From: an uncultured Actinomycetota bacterium
Lineage (GTDB): Bacteria > Actinomycetota > Actinomycetes > Actinomycetales > Microbacteriaceae
Direction of reading: 5' to 3'
DNA: 64,000 nucleotides
Assembly (NCBI GenBank): GCA_963713325.1
Contig: CAVQLL010000026.1
Coordinates: 3,815-67,814 of the forward strand
Part shown: piece after piece, positions 10,903-22,419 of the stretch
How the letters are laid out: each line of letters starts with the position of its first letter
Numbering within the stretch: position 1 is the first letter of the stretch
Position numbers and translations under genes: made by a program
Notes under the pieces: model-generated
The model's input: only the letters and a program-made list of their open reading frames with translations
Database searches by the model: none
Told to the model about the DNA's origin: nothing

Positions 10903-11820
10903 TGGCCGAGGCGCGCATCGACTCGCCGGTGCGCCGAATCGGCGGGCGGGAGTTCGACTTCTCGCGGCACGTCGCCGTCATGGCGATCGTGAACCGCACG
11001 CCGGACTCCTTCTACGACAAAGGCGCGACGTTCGCGCTCGAGGCCGCCGTGGCCGCAGGCCTCACCGCGGTCGAAGAGGGTGCCGAGATCGTCGATGTCG
11101 GCGGCGTGAAGTTCGCGCCCGGACCGGCCGTGCCGGTCGACGAGGAGATCGTCCGGGTCGTGCCCGTCATCCGCGAACTCGCCCCGCACGTCGCAGTGAG
11201 CGTCGACACGTTCCAGGCCCGCGTGGCGAACGCGGCGATCGCGGCGGGTGCGGCTGTCATCAACGACACGACAGGGCTTCGCGATCCCGCGATGGCCGAT
11301 GTCGTCGCAGACAGCGACGCCACGATCGTCATCGCCCACAGCCTGGCCGCCCCGCGCACGCGATACCCCGAGCCGCGACTACGGCGACATCGTCACCGAG
11401 GTCTCGGACTACCTCCGCGAGCGCGTCGAGTTCGCCGTGTCGCGAGGCATTCCTCGCGAGCGGATCATCATCGACCCAGGACACGACCTCAACAAGAACA
11501 CGCTCCACTCGCTCGAGCTGACCGCGCGGCTCGGTGAGCTCACGGGCGCTGACGGGCTCGGCCTGCCGGTCCTCGTCGCCCTCTCCAACAAGGACTTCGT
11601 CGGCGAGACGCTGGAACGCGGCGTGAACGACCGCGTCGCCGGCTCGCTGGCAGCGGCGGTCTTCTGCGTGGCGCGGGGAGCGCGCATCGTCCGCGCGCAC
11701 GGCGTTCGTGAGAGCGTGGACGCCATGCGGATGATGGAGTCGATCCTGGGCTGGCGTGCGCCTGCCACCCTGACGCACAACATGCCGGTGAGCGGAGCGG
11801 CTGATGCCATCGCACGATGA
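10902..11820 (+). CDS. folP: Dihydropteroate synthase (FolP2-like), apparent frameshift near 11370
   Basis: MAIVNRTPDSFYD, SVDT, IND in the first frame; IIDPGHD, SNKDF, RAH in the second; ATG overlaps the upstream TGA. Confidence 0.88.
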
Positions 11821-12508
11821 CCTGGTGACGGCGTACTACCTTCCGGATCGAGCGACGCCTCGCATCCGCATGAACTTCGTCGCGAGCGTCGACGGCGCGG
11901 CGACGCTTCGCGGTCGCAGCGGCGCGCTCGGCGGAGCCACCGACAGGATGCTGATGCAGATCCTGCGCGCGATGGCCGACGTGATCCTCGTCGGAGCGGA
12001 GACCGTCCGTGCCGAGGGGTACGGCGGGACGCGCGTCGACGGGCCGGATGCCGAGTGGCGCACGTCGCACGGACTGCCCGCGCAGCCGCGGCTCGCGGTG
12101 CTCTCGCGCTCGCTGGAGATCTCGCCGCAGCATCCGTTCTTCGCGGAAGCCGTCGTGCGGCCGCTCGTTGTCACGTGCGCCGACGCGCCCACCTCGCGAC
12201 GGGAGGAGCTGGAGGCGGTCGCGGATGTCATCGTGGCCGGTGAGGCATCCGTCGATCTGACGATGATGCGAGACGCGCTGGCGGAGGCCGGCCTGCGGCA
12301 GGTGCTGTGCGAGGGCGGACCGCACGTGTTCGGGGCGCTGCGGGATGCCGGTCTCGTGGACGAGGTGTGCGTCACGGTGGCCCCGCGGATGGTGGGCGGC
12401 TCAGCCGGCCGCATCATGCGCGGCGCGCGCGAGGACGACAGCACCCTCCGATTGGTCCACGCGCTCGCCGACGACGAGGGATACCTTCTGCTGCGCTACT
12501 CGGCGTGA
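11804..12508 (+). CDS. RibD C-terminal domain reductase (pyrimidine/dihydrofolate reductase family)
   Basis: NFVASVDGA, GAETVRAEGY, LCEGGP, VDEV. Confidence 0.9.
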   Translation: MPSHDDLVTAYYLPDRATPRIRMNFVASVDGAATLRGRSGALGGATDRMLMQILRAMADVILVGAETVRAEGYGGTRVDGPDAEWRTSHGLPAQPRLAVLSRSLEISPQHPFFAEAVVRPLVVTCADAPTSRREELEAVADVIVAGEASVDLTMMRDALAEAGLRQVLCEGGPHVFGALRDAGLVDEVCVTVAPRMVGGSAGRIMRGAREDDSTLRLVHALADDEGYLLLRYSA

Positions 12509-12517
12509 ACCGCGCGA

Positions 12518-14158
12518 CTACGCCGCGATCGCGTCCGCATCCAGGATCGTGTAGCTGTAACCCTGCTCGGCGAGGAAGCGCTGCCGGTTCTGCGCGAAAT
12601 CCTGGTCGACCGTGTCGCGGGCGATGAGGGTGTAGAAGCTCGCCGTACGGCCGGATTCCTTGGGACGCAGCAGGCGCCCGAGTCGCTGGGCCTCCTCCTG
12701 CCGCGAGCCGAACGAGCCCGACACCTGGATCGCGACGGACGCCTCGGGCAGGTCGATCGAGAAGTTCGCCACCTTGGAGACGACGAGCAGTGAGATCTCG
12801 CCCTCGCGGAATGCGCCGTACAGCTTCTCGCGTTCGTCCACCGGCGTCGCGCCGGTGATCTGCGGGGCGTCGAGCGCTTCGGCGAGGATGTCGATCTGGT
12901 CGAGGTACTGCCCGATGACGAGGATCCGCTCGCCCTCGTGACGGTCGACGAGCTGACGGACGACGCCGATCTTCGCGTGCGCCGTCGCCGCGAGCCGGTA
13001 GCGCTGGTCGTCGGCGGCCGCCGCGTACTCGAGGCGATCGCCGGCGGGAAGATCGACGCGCACCTCGTAGCAGGCGGCGGGGGAGATGAAGCCCTGAGCC
13101 TCGATCTCCTTCCACGGGGCGTCGAATCGCTTGGGGCCGATCAGGCTGAAGACATCACCCTCGCGCCCGTCCTCGCGCACGAGCGTGGCGGTCAGGCCGA
13201 GCCGGCGGCGGGCCTGCAGATCGGCGGTCAGCTTGAAGACGGGCGCGGGCAGCAGGTGGACCTCGTCGTAGACGATGAGGCCCCAGTCCAGGGCATCCAG
13301 GAGGGCGAGGTGGGCGTACTGTCCGCTGCGCTTGGCGGTGAGGATCTGGTACGTCGCGATCGTGACCGGCTTGATCTCCTTCATCTGCCCCGAGTACTCG
13401 CCGATCTCCTCGGCGGTCAGGGAGGTGCGCTTGAGCAGCTCGTCACGCCACTGACGGGCGCTCACCGTGTTCGTCACGAGGATCAGGGTCGTGGTCTTGG
13501 TGTCGGCCATCGCGGCCGCCCCGACCAGTGTCTTGCCGGCACCACAGGGGAGGACGACGACGCCGGACCCGCCCTCGGTGAAGATGTCGACCGCCTTGCG
13601 CTGGTACGGGCGCAGCGTCCATTCGCGCTCATCGAGCTCGATCGGATGCGGCGTCCCCGGCGTGTACCCGGCGAGGTCCTCTGCCGGCCAGCCGATCTTG
13701 AGCAGCTCCTGCTTGATGTGGCCGCGAGCCCACGCGTCGATCACGAACGATTCGGGGGTGGGGTGGCCGATCAGGAGGGGCTGGATGCGCTTGTTGCGCG
13801 ACACCTCGGTCAGGACGGCGGTGTCGGTCGCGGTGAGCAGGAGCTCCCCGTCGCCGTTGCGCTCGATCGAGAGCCTCCCGTAGCGCCCCACCGTCTCGCG
13901 GATGTCGATCGAGACCGACGGGGGCACGGGGAAGCGCGACCAGCGCTCGAGCGTCGTGAGCATGTCGTCGGCGTCGTGGCCGGCCGCGCGTGCGTTCCAC
14001 AGGCCGAGCCGGGTGATCCGGTAGGTGTGGATGTGTTCGGGCGCGCGTTCGAGCTCGGCGAAGATCGCCAGTTCGTGGCGCGCCGATTCGGCGTCCGGGT
14101 GTGCGACCTCGAGCAGCACAGTCCGGTCGCTCTGCACGATGAGAGGGCCGTCAGCCAT
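12518..14158 (-). CDS. xpb: DNA repair helicase XPB (Ssl2/ERCC3-like)
   Basis: LPCGAGKT Walker A, DEVH, LTATLVRED, QRLGR. Confidence 0.95.
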   Translation of the reverse strand: MADGPLIVQSDRTVLLEVAHPDAESARHELAIFAELERAPEHIHTYRITRLGLWNARAAGHDADDMLTTLERWSRFPVPPSVSIDIRETVGRYGRLSIERNGDGELLLTATDTAVLTEVSRNKRIQPLLIGHPTPESFVIDAWARGHIKQELLKIGWPAEDLAGYTPGTPHPIELDEREWTLRPYQRKAVDIFTEGGSGVVVLPCGAGKTLVGAAAMADTKTTTLILVTNTVSARQWRDELLKRTSLTAEEIGEYSGQMKEIKPVTIATYQILTAKRSGQYAHLALLDALDWGLIVYDEVHLLPAPVFKLTADLQARRRLGLTATLVREDGREGDVFSLIGPKRFDAPWKEIEAQGFISPAACYEVRVDLPAGDRLEYAAAADDQRYRLAATAHAKIGVVRQLVDRHEGERILVIGQYLDQIDILAEALDAPQITGATPVDEREKLYGAFREGEISLLVVSKVANFSIDLPEASVAIQVSGSFGSRQEEAQRLGRLLRPKESGRTASFYTLIARDTVDQDFAQNRQRFLAEQGYSYTILDADAIAA

Positions 14159-14230
14159 AAGGGTCAATTCTAGTCGGGCGGGCGCCGCCACGGCTCCCGT
14201 GGGCGTGCGGCCGCGTAGCAAGAGCGCTGA

Positions 14231-15967
14231 TCAGGAGGCGGGTCGCACGCTGACGATGCTCGATACGGGGAGCGTGCGCTCCACGTCCGCACCGCGATCG
14301 CGCCCGCGCAGGCGACCGCCACCGAGGCCGGACGCTTCGAGCGTCAGGGATCGCTCAGAGCCGTCCGGCATCCGCACGACGACCACGATGACCGACTTCG
14401 TGCGCACCGCCTGCTCGAGTTCCCGGCCGAGCCACGCCGCATCGGCATCGGTCTCGTGCCCCGCGCGAAGGGCGGCGATGAGGCGCGCGTACACGTCGCG
14501 GGGCTGCGCGTGCGCGGCGGAGTCGACGGCGCGAGCGCGACGATGCAGCGATTCGGGAGCGCCTTCCGCGTCGAGCGCGACGACCGGATAGCGCGCATCC
14601 GCGAGTGACCAGTAGACCGCGTCGCGGGCGACTCGCGAGACGAGTTCGTGCCCGTCGCGCACGAAGCCGAGCGGACGCAGCGCCTGGTCGACGAGGATCG
14701 TGTCGCGCAGGGCGAGATCCGTCGCCTCGAGACGGGTACGACCGGATGCCTCCTCCGCCCGCACCCGGATCAGGCCGTGCCTGGCCGCCGTGCTGTCGAC
14801 GAGGTAGTCCAGAGGCTGCGGAATGCCGGTCAGGGAGATTCCGCTGAGGAACTCCCTGATCGACTCCGCGGTCTCGCCCTCCGTCATGCCGGCACCGAGC
14901 GACTCGGTGCTGAATCGGTAGGTCGACGCCTGTGCGCGGGACTCGCGGTGCGCGATCGTGCGCAGCCGCAGGTCGAGCGCGGGGGCGAGCGGGCCGGGGG
15001 CGATCGCGGTCAGGTCGGCCTGGAGGTACACGCGATCGATCTCGGCAGGAAGGTGCGCGGAAAGCTGGTCGGTGCCCGGCTGCTGCCCGCGGCGGAGGGA
15101 TGCCGTCCACTCCGGTTCGGCGCCGGCAGGGGTGAGCAGGCCCCACATCTCGGCGATGCGGCGCAGGCGCGCGGCCCGGTCGGTCCACTCGGCGTGCAGG
15201 GGGTAGGCGCCCGCCCAGCTCGACAGGGGGCGGAATCCGCCGTCTGCGGTGCGCAGGCCCGGTGGAAGTGCTGAGCGCAGACCCATCGCGACGATCGACC
15301 AGCGCCGTGTCGTTGTGGCTTCGAGCCACTGCAGACCGGACCCGGTGACGATCCACTCGCGTCCGACGGGCAGGACGAGGTCGGCGGCGTCGGCCGCGGC
15401 GACCAGGTCGTCGATGTCCTCCGGCGACGCGTGGACTCCGGCATCCGTCAGGCGGCGACGATCGATCGCGCTCACCGCACCCGTCCCGGTGCGCGACAGC
15501 GGCGTGTTCAGGCCGGCCAGCAGCACGTCTGCCAGGGCGCCGACCGTCGTGAACGCCTTCTCGGCCGCGGCGGCGGCATCCACCTCGGCCGCGGCCGCGA
15601 CGGGCGGATCGACGGGCTCGGCGACGAATGCGTCAGGACGGGCGGCGGCGAGGGCGCGCACCCGCGCGGCGACGGCGGCGTAGGGCGCGCCGTCCTCTGC
15701 GACGAGGGCCAGCGGGCGGAGCACCCCGACCTCGGCCGAATCGACGACCGAGCCGTTGAGCGAGGCGGCGAGGGAGACGAGCGCTGTGCGGGGGAGGCGT
15801 GCGACCGCACGCTCGACGGAGGCAGGATCGAGCATTCCGGCGGCGGCGTCGAAGAAGTCGTGCCACAGCGCTGCGGGTGAGACCCCGCGCTCGGCGAACG
15901 TGCGAGCCAGAGCGTCGTCCTCCGTGGACGCCAGCCGCACGGCGAGGGCCCGCTCATCGGAGACCAT
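14231..15967 (-). CDS. Helicase-associated (XPB-partner) domain protein
   Basis: QADLTAIAPGPL...YRFS..SL...PQPL.YLV; adjacent to XPB as in other Actinobacteria. Confidence 0.85.
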   Translation of the reverse strand: MVSDERALAVRLASTEDDALARTFAERGVSPAALWHDFFDAAAGMLDPASVERAVARLPRTALVSLAASLNGSVVDSAEVGVLRPLALVAEDGAPYAAVAARVRALAAARPDAFVAEPVDPPVAAAAEVDAAAAAEKAFTTVGALADVLLAGLNTPLSRTGTGAVSAIDRRRLTDAGVHASPEDIDDLVAAADAADLVLPVGREWIVTGSGLQWLEATTTRRWSIVAMGLRSALPPGLRTADGGFRPLSSWAGAYPLHAEWTDRAARLRRIAEMWGLLTPAGAEPEWTASLRRGQQPGTDQLSAHLPAEIDRVYLQADLTAIAPGPLAPALDLRLRTIAHRESRAQASTYRFSTESLGAGMTEGETAESIREFLSGISLTGIPQPLDYLVDSTAARHGLIRVRAEEASGRTRLEATDLALRDTILVDQALRPLGFVRDGHELVSRVARDAVYWSLADARYPVVALDAEGAPESLHRRARAVDSAAHAQPRDVYARLIAALRAGHETDADAAWLGRELEQAVRTKSVIVVVVRMPDGSERSLTLEASGLGGGRLRGRDRGADVERTLPVSSIVSVRPAS

Positions 15968-16237
15968 TCAGCCCCCTCGGTTGGCTCGCGCCCTTCGCAC
16001 GAAAGTCATGATCAGCAACGCCACGATCATGAGAAACGCGACGGGAAGAGCGATGAGAGGAAGAACAGCGACCAGGGGCCAGACGCCCTGGGTGAAGTCG
16101 GTGACACCCGCCGACCGGGCGATGATCACGGCGAAGAAGCACCCGATCGAGACGACCGCCAGGCCAAGCGACATATACGCCAGGATGCGGTCGAGGCGGC
16201 GGATCGGGACGTCTCCGCCGGGGGTGCTCGTGCTCAT
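15968..16237 (-). CDS. Small two-TM membrane protein
   Basis: 89 aa with two hydrophobic helices; TAGGCT -10 just before ATG. Confidence 0.75.
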   Translation of the reverse strand: MSTSTPGGDVPIRRLDRILAYMSLGLAVVSIGCFFAVIIARSAGVTDFTQGVWPLVAVLPLIALPVAFLMIVALLIMTFVRRARANRGG

Positions 16238-16344
16238 TCCGCTCAGCCTATCGGGTGTCGGCTGTGGCGTAGGCTTGTGGCCGGGGTCGATCGGTCCCTG
16301 TTTCACCACGCCCGTCACATCGGCACGACACAGTGAGGTTTTCC

Positions 16345-18610
<2,266 letters not shown>

Positions 18611-18771
18611 CTATGGTCGAGGGCACGGAGCCACCCGGTCGGTGTGACCTTCCGTGAAGCGGCGGGGATCGCCGGGATGCGCCCGCCTCAGACTTGACAG
18701 CCGGTTCGCGGCTGCCGGGGCTAGGGTTGCGGCACGGGGCCCGGTCGGGCTCCCGAACAGAGGGCGTCATC

Positions 18772-18909
18772 GTGTCAGACAAGTCCCCGAAGAAATCGTC
18801 GAGCAAGACCGCCGCGTCGCGCACCCTCAAGGAGAAGCGTGCCGACAAGAAGGCGAAGGTCGAACATCGTGCCGGCAACGACGTGAGCGAAGTCACCCAC
18901 CGCAAGTAG
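18772..18909 (+). CDS. Small Lys-rich basic protein (45 aa)
   Basis: GTG after AGAGGG; MSDKSPKKSSSK...LKEKRADKKAK; GC3-rich codons. Confidence 0.6.
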   Translation: MSDKSPKKSSSKTAASRTLKEKRADKKAKVEHRAGNDVSEVTHRK

Positions 18910-19100
18910 CCGTCCATCGGTCGTCGCTCCGGCGCGCTCCAACAGTGTCGCCGAGCGGTGATCGTGGTGCCCGAACACACCGTGCGCGGATGCCGCCCCC
19001 GCCGCCTTCGCGAGGGTCGCTCCGAGCCGCCGCGCGCGCGGCCCGGGTCGGCAGGATTGGATAGGCTGGCCTGGCAATGAAACCGCGTCTGCGAGGCACA

Positions 19101-19802
19101 ATGACCGACCTGATCGACACGACAGAGATGTACTTGCGCACGATCCTCGAACTCGAGGAGGAGAACATCGTTCCGCTGCGCGCGCGCATCTCCGAGCGGC
19201 TCGGTCACTCGGGCCCGACGGTTTCGCAGACTGTCGGCCGCATGGAGCGCGACGGACTCGTCGTCGTCTCCGACGACCGCACGCTCGAACTCACCGACAG
19301 CGGCCGGCAGAAGGCCGTCGACGTGATGCGCAAGCACCGGCTCGCCGAGCGGCTGCTGTCCGACGTGATCGGACTCGACTGGGCCTACGTGCACGAAGAG
19401 GCCTGCCGATGGGAGCACGTCATGAGCGAGCAGGTCGAGCGTCGCCTGGTCGAACTGCTCGGGCACCCCACCGAATCGCCGTACGGCAACCCGATCCCCG
19501 GCCTCGACCAGCTCGGCGACATGCCGGCGAAGAACTTCGAGCAGGGCGTCGTCGGTCTCGTGCGGCGCCTCAACGAGGCGGGCGGCCCGATCACCGGCAC
19601 GGTGCGCCGGCTCGCCGAGCCCGTGCAGGTCGACCCCGAGCTGCTCCAGCAGCTCAAGGGCGCCGGCGTGATGCCGGGCGCCTCGGGTGACTACCGCTAC
19701 AGCGAGGGCTACGTGCTCGTTCAGATGGACGGCAACGACGAGGGTCTGGAACTGCCCGTCGAGGTCGCCTCCCACATCTTCCTCGTCGACGACCCCCGTT
19801 GA
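19101..19802 (+). CDS. ideR: DtxR/IdeR-family metal-dependent regulator
   Basis: DTTEMYLRTI, VMRKHRLAERLL, HEEACRWEH, SPYGNPIPGL. Confidence 0.9.
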   Translation: MTDLIDTTEMYLRTILELEEENIVPLRARISERLGHSGPTVSQTVGRMERDGLVVVSDDRTLELTDSGRQKAVDVMRKHRLAERLLSDVIGLDWAYVHEEACRWEHVMSEQVERRLVELLGHPTESPYGNPIPGLDQLGDMPAKNFEQGVVGLVRRLNEAGGPITGTVRRLAEPVQVDPELLQQLKGAGVMPGASGDYRYSEGYVLVQMDGNDEGLELPVEVASHIFLVDDPR

Positions 19803-19835
19803 TCCACCCCGGGTTCGACGCCGTTTTCGGACGCT

Positions 19836-19860
19836 CGGATGCTGCGCCCTGCGGCATCCG
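19836..19860. terminator. Hairpin downstream of ideR
   Basis: CGGATGCTGC-gccct-GCGGCATCCG. Confidence 0.45.
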
Positions 19861-19896
19861 GCGCGACACGCCCAGGCGATCTGCCAGGTGCCCAGC

Positions 19897-19925
19897 GTGA
19901 CTTATTCGTTACCTTCGGGTAGCGT
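19897..19925 (+). promoter_or_regulatory. Candidate MtrA/GlnR-type box plus -10 element for the M23 gene
   Basis: GTGAC-N6-GTTAC direct repeat (19897-19912) followed by TAGCGT (19920-19925). Confidence 0.5.
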
Positions 19926-20074
19926 GAAAGTGTCCACAGGCGAGAAGCCCGCCGTCGGACCCCACACGGATTGCCTCCCCGGCTCGTCGTCCGCGTGGTC
20001 AAGCCCGCATACCGTGCCCCGACACCGAATGCCGACGAGCAGCGCCCCCCGGCGCAGAGGCGCCGGAGGACCTA

Positions 20075-20974
20075 TTGGCTGAAGACATAAATTCGCCCGC
20101 GACCGAGCCCCAGAGCGCAGAGACGAGTCTTACGCGCCGCGCTCGCGGACGAAGCACCGCTTCACCGCGGACCAAGACCGCTGTCGCGCCCCGCCCGAAG
20201 AAGCAGCGTCCCGCTCGCACGGCACCCGCGTCCCGCGCACCCAAGCGCAAGTCCAAGCCGCTGCGGAGTCTCGTGATCCTCAGCATGGTCGCCGGCCTCA
20301 TCGCCACGGTCGCCCTTCCCGCCTATGGCGCCTGGCGACCGACCGAGGACGCCGTGACCCTCCAGCAGGTCGCCGCCGACGATGCCCAGTCGCTGGTCGT
20401 GGCCTCCGATTCCTCCAACACAGAGCTCGCACGCGAGAGCTACGCGGCCACGACGCAGGCGGAGATCGACCAGAAGAAGGCCGAAGAGGCCGCTGCCGCT
20501 GCGGCCGCAGCCCGCGCGCGACTGACGACCACCGTCTCCGCCGGCCTCCCCGTCAACATCGCGCTCGTCTCTCCCGGCAGCGGCGAAGTCCGCTGGCCGA
20601 TCCTGAACTTCACCCTCGGACGAGGACTCTGGGACTCCGGCTACCACCAGGGAGTCGACCTCCTCGCCGACGGCGGCACCCCGATCTACGCCGCCGCCGC
20701 AGGCGTCGTCAGCGTCTCGCAGGAGAGCTACGGCGGTTACGGCGTGGCCGTCACCATCGATCACGTCATCGGCGGGCAGCAGGTCAACACGCTGTACGGC
20801 CACATGACCTACGGCTCGCGTCAGGTGTCGGCCGGCCAGTACGTCGAAGCCGGCCAGCTCATCGGCCTCGTCGGCAGCACCGGCAGCTCCACGGCCAACC
20901 ACCTCCACTTCGAGGTGCACATCAACGGCGGCGTCGTCGACCCGTGGGCGTGGCTGCAGGCCAACGCCGGCTGA
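20075..20974 (+). CDS. M23 family metallopeptidase (cell-wall endopeptidase)
   Basis: HQGVD, YGHM, HLHFE zinc motifs; N-terminal TM; GGAGGA RBS with TTG start. Confidence 0.92.
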   Translation: MAEDINSPATEPQSAETSLTRRARGRSTASPRTKTAVAPRPKKQRPARTAPASRAPKRKSKPLRSLVILSMVAGLIATVALPAYGAWRPTEDAVTLQQVAADDAQSLVVASDSSNTELARESYAATTQAEIDQKKAEEAAAAAAAARARLTTTVSAGLPVNIALVSPGSGEVRWPILNFTLGRGLWDSGYHQGVDLLADGGTPIYAAAAGVVSVSQESYGGYGVAVTIDHVIGGQQVNTLYGHMTYGSRQVSAGQYVEAGQLIGLVGSTGSSTANHLHFEVHINGGVVDPWAWLQANAG

Positions 20975-21021
20975 GCTCGTCGAAGCCTGAGCCGTCGAAG
21001 CCTGAGCTCGTCGAAGCCTGA
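20971..21021. repeat. Three tandem 15-16 bp repeats CTGAGC(T)CGTCGAAGC
   Basis: Directly visible after the M23 stop codon. Confidence 0.8.
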
Positions 21022-21158
21022 CCCGATTCCGTCCGACGCGGGGCTGTGCGGCGTTCGTTCGCCGACACGCCCCGCGTCGTTCATCGCCGTCTGCGACCCT
21101 GGTGCGGCGCGCGTGCGTTACCCTGAAACCCGACGCTGAAAGAAGCGGAGGGGAGCTG

Positions 21159-21269
21159 ATGAGCGACACACCACGCATCCGAACCATGGACGCGCTCGGA
21201 CGTCTCGTTCTTCGGCATCACACGAGCGGATGCCGCGGCATTGCCGTGGCGCCGAGGCGTTGTCTGTAA
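21159..21269 (+). CDS. Putative leader peptide (36 aa) of the HNH gene
   Basis: GGAGGGGAG RBS, ATG 21159, MSDTPRIRTMDALGRLVLRHHTSGCRGIAVAPRRCL, stop at the apex of the terminator hairpin. Confidence 0.55.
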   Translation: MSDTPRIRTMDALGRLVLRHHTSGCRGIAVAPRRCL

Positions 21270-21284
21270 GACAACGCCTTTTTT
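21255..21284 (+). terminator. Intrinsic terminator/attenuator in the HNH 5' leader
   Basis: AGGCGTTGTCT-gta-AGACAACGCCT followed by a T tract. Confidence 0.85.
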
Positions 21285-21361
21285 CATGCCCCTGCGCACC
21301 TCGAATCGTCGCATAGGTCGAATCACCGGGAAGCCGTCCCGGCCGTTCGAGAGGATGAGGA

Positions 21362-21860
21362 ATGCGCACTCTGGTGCTCAATGCGGGCTATGAGCCGCTC
21401 GCCGTCGTGTCGTTCAAGCGGGCCATCGTGCTCGTGCTGAACGAGAAGGCCGTTGTCGTCGAACATGTCGACGGCGAACCCGTCTGGGCTGCGCGAGCGT
21501 CGTACGAACGCCCCGCGGTCATCCTGCTGACACGCTATGTGCGCGTCCCCGGGAGGCCGCCACATCCCGGTGACCAGACGCGGAGTGCTGCGCCGCGATG
21601 TGCACCGGTGCGGATACTGCGGCAAGGCGGCCTCGACCATCGACCACATCCTGCCGCGCTCGCGCGGCGGAGCGGACTCGTGGGAGAACCTCGTCGCGTG
21701 CTGCCTGCTCTGCAACAACATGAAGGGCGATCGCACGCCTCAGGAGATGAGGTGGGACCTGCGCATCACGCCGCGTCCGCCCCGCGGCGTGCAGTGGACC
21801 GTGCGGGGCACCGACCGCACGGATCCGTGCTGGGAGCCGTACCTCGCCCTCGCCGCGTAG
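21362..21860 (+). CDS. HNH endonuclease, apparent frameshift near 21553
   Basis: MRTLVLNAGYEPL; RD.HRCGYCG...TIDHILPRSRGG..SWENLVACC..CNN.KG. Confidence 0.9.
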
Positions 21861-21868
21861 AGCCCCGC

Positions 21869-22369
21869 TCAGTCGTCGCCGAGGACGCGAAGCCACCGCT
21901 CCAGGAGCAGTTCGAGTCGCGCCGCGTCCGCGCGGCCGATCTCGTCGATGAGCCGATGCTCGTTCTCCATGTGCGCCGTGAAGGCCGCATCGATCGTCTC
22001 GAGCCCCATCGGGGTCAGGCCGACGATGCGCTGGCGCGCGTCGGCTGAGCCGGGCCGTCGTTCGACGAGCCCCTTCGCCACCAGCCGGTCGACGCGCTTG
22101 GTCAGGCCGCCCGTCGTGATCATGGTGTGGTCGGCGAGCTCGCCCGCGGCGCGGGCGTAGGGAGCACCGGAGCGGCGCAGCGTCGCGAGGACGTCGAAGT
22201 CGCCCTCGTTCAGGCCGTACCGGTCGTACACCGCCACCAGCTCCTCGGTCAGCAGCGCGGCGACGCGGTGCAGCCGGCCGATCACCCCCTGCGGTGACGT
22301 GTCGAGTTCGGGGCGCTCGCGGCGCCATTCAGCCTGGATCCGAGCGACGCGGTCGGGAGAGGCATCCAT
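21869..22369 (-). CDS. MarR-family regulator (PecS-like)
   Basis: D.V..IQAEW.RERP, FDVLATLRRSG, DAR; divergent from an EamA gene. Confidence 0.9.
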   Translation of the reverse strand: MDASPDRVARIQAEWRRERPELDTSPQGVIGRLHRVAALLTEELVAVYDRYGLNEGDFDVLATLRRSGAPYARAAGELADHTMITTGGLTKRVDRLVAKGLVERRPGSADARQRIVGLTPMGLETIDAAFTAHMENEHRLIDEIGRADAARLELLLERWLRVLGDD

Positions 22370-22380
22370 GTGTGCGATAT

Positions 22381-22419
22381 TATCTTGCCGGTAAGGTAAA
22401 CTGTCTTCCGTGGAAGATA
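22381..22419. promoter_or_regulatory. Two palindromic MarR/PecS-type operators
   Basis: TATCTTGCCGGTAAGGTA (22381-22398) and TGTCTTCCGTGGAAGATA (22402-22419). Confidence 0.7.

Noticed and set aside
19056-19074. IdeR/DtxR box upstream of ideR
   Set aside because: Only 12 of 19 positions match TTAGGTTAGGCTAACCTAA, and the match is largely explained by a TAGGCT -10 element
19930-20074. c-di-AMP (ydaO) riboswitch upstream of the M23 gene
   Set aside because: I could not find the conserved ydaO sequence blocks by eye; kept only as an unnamed structured leader
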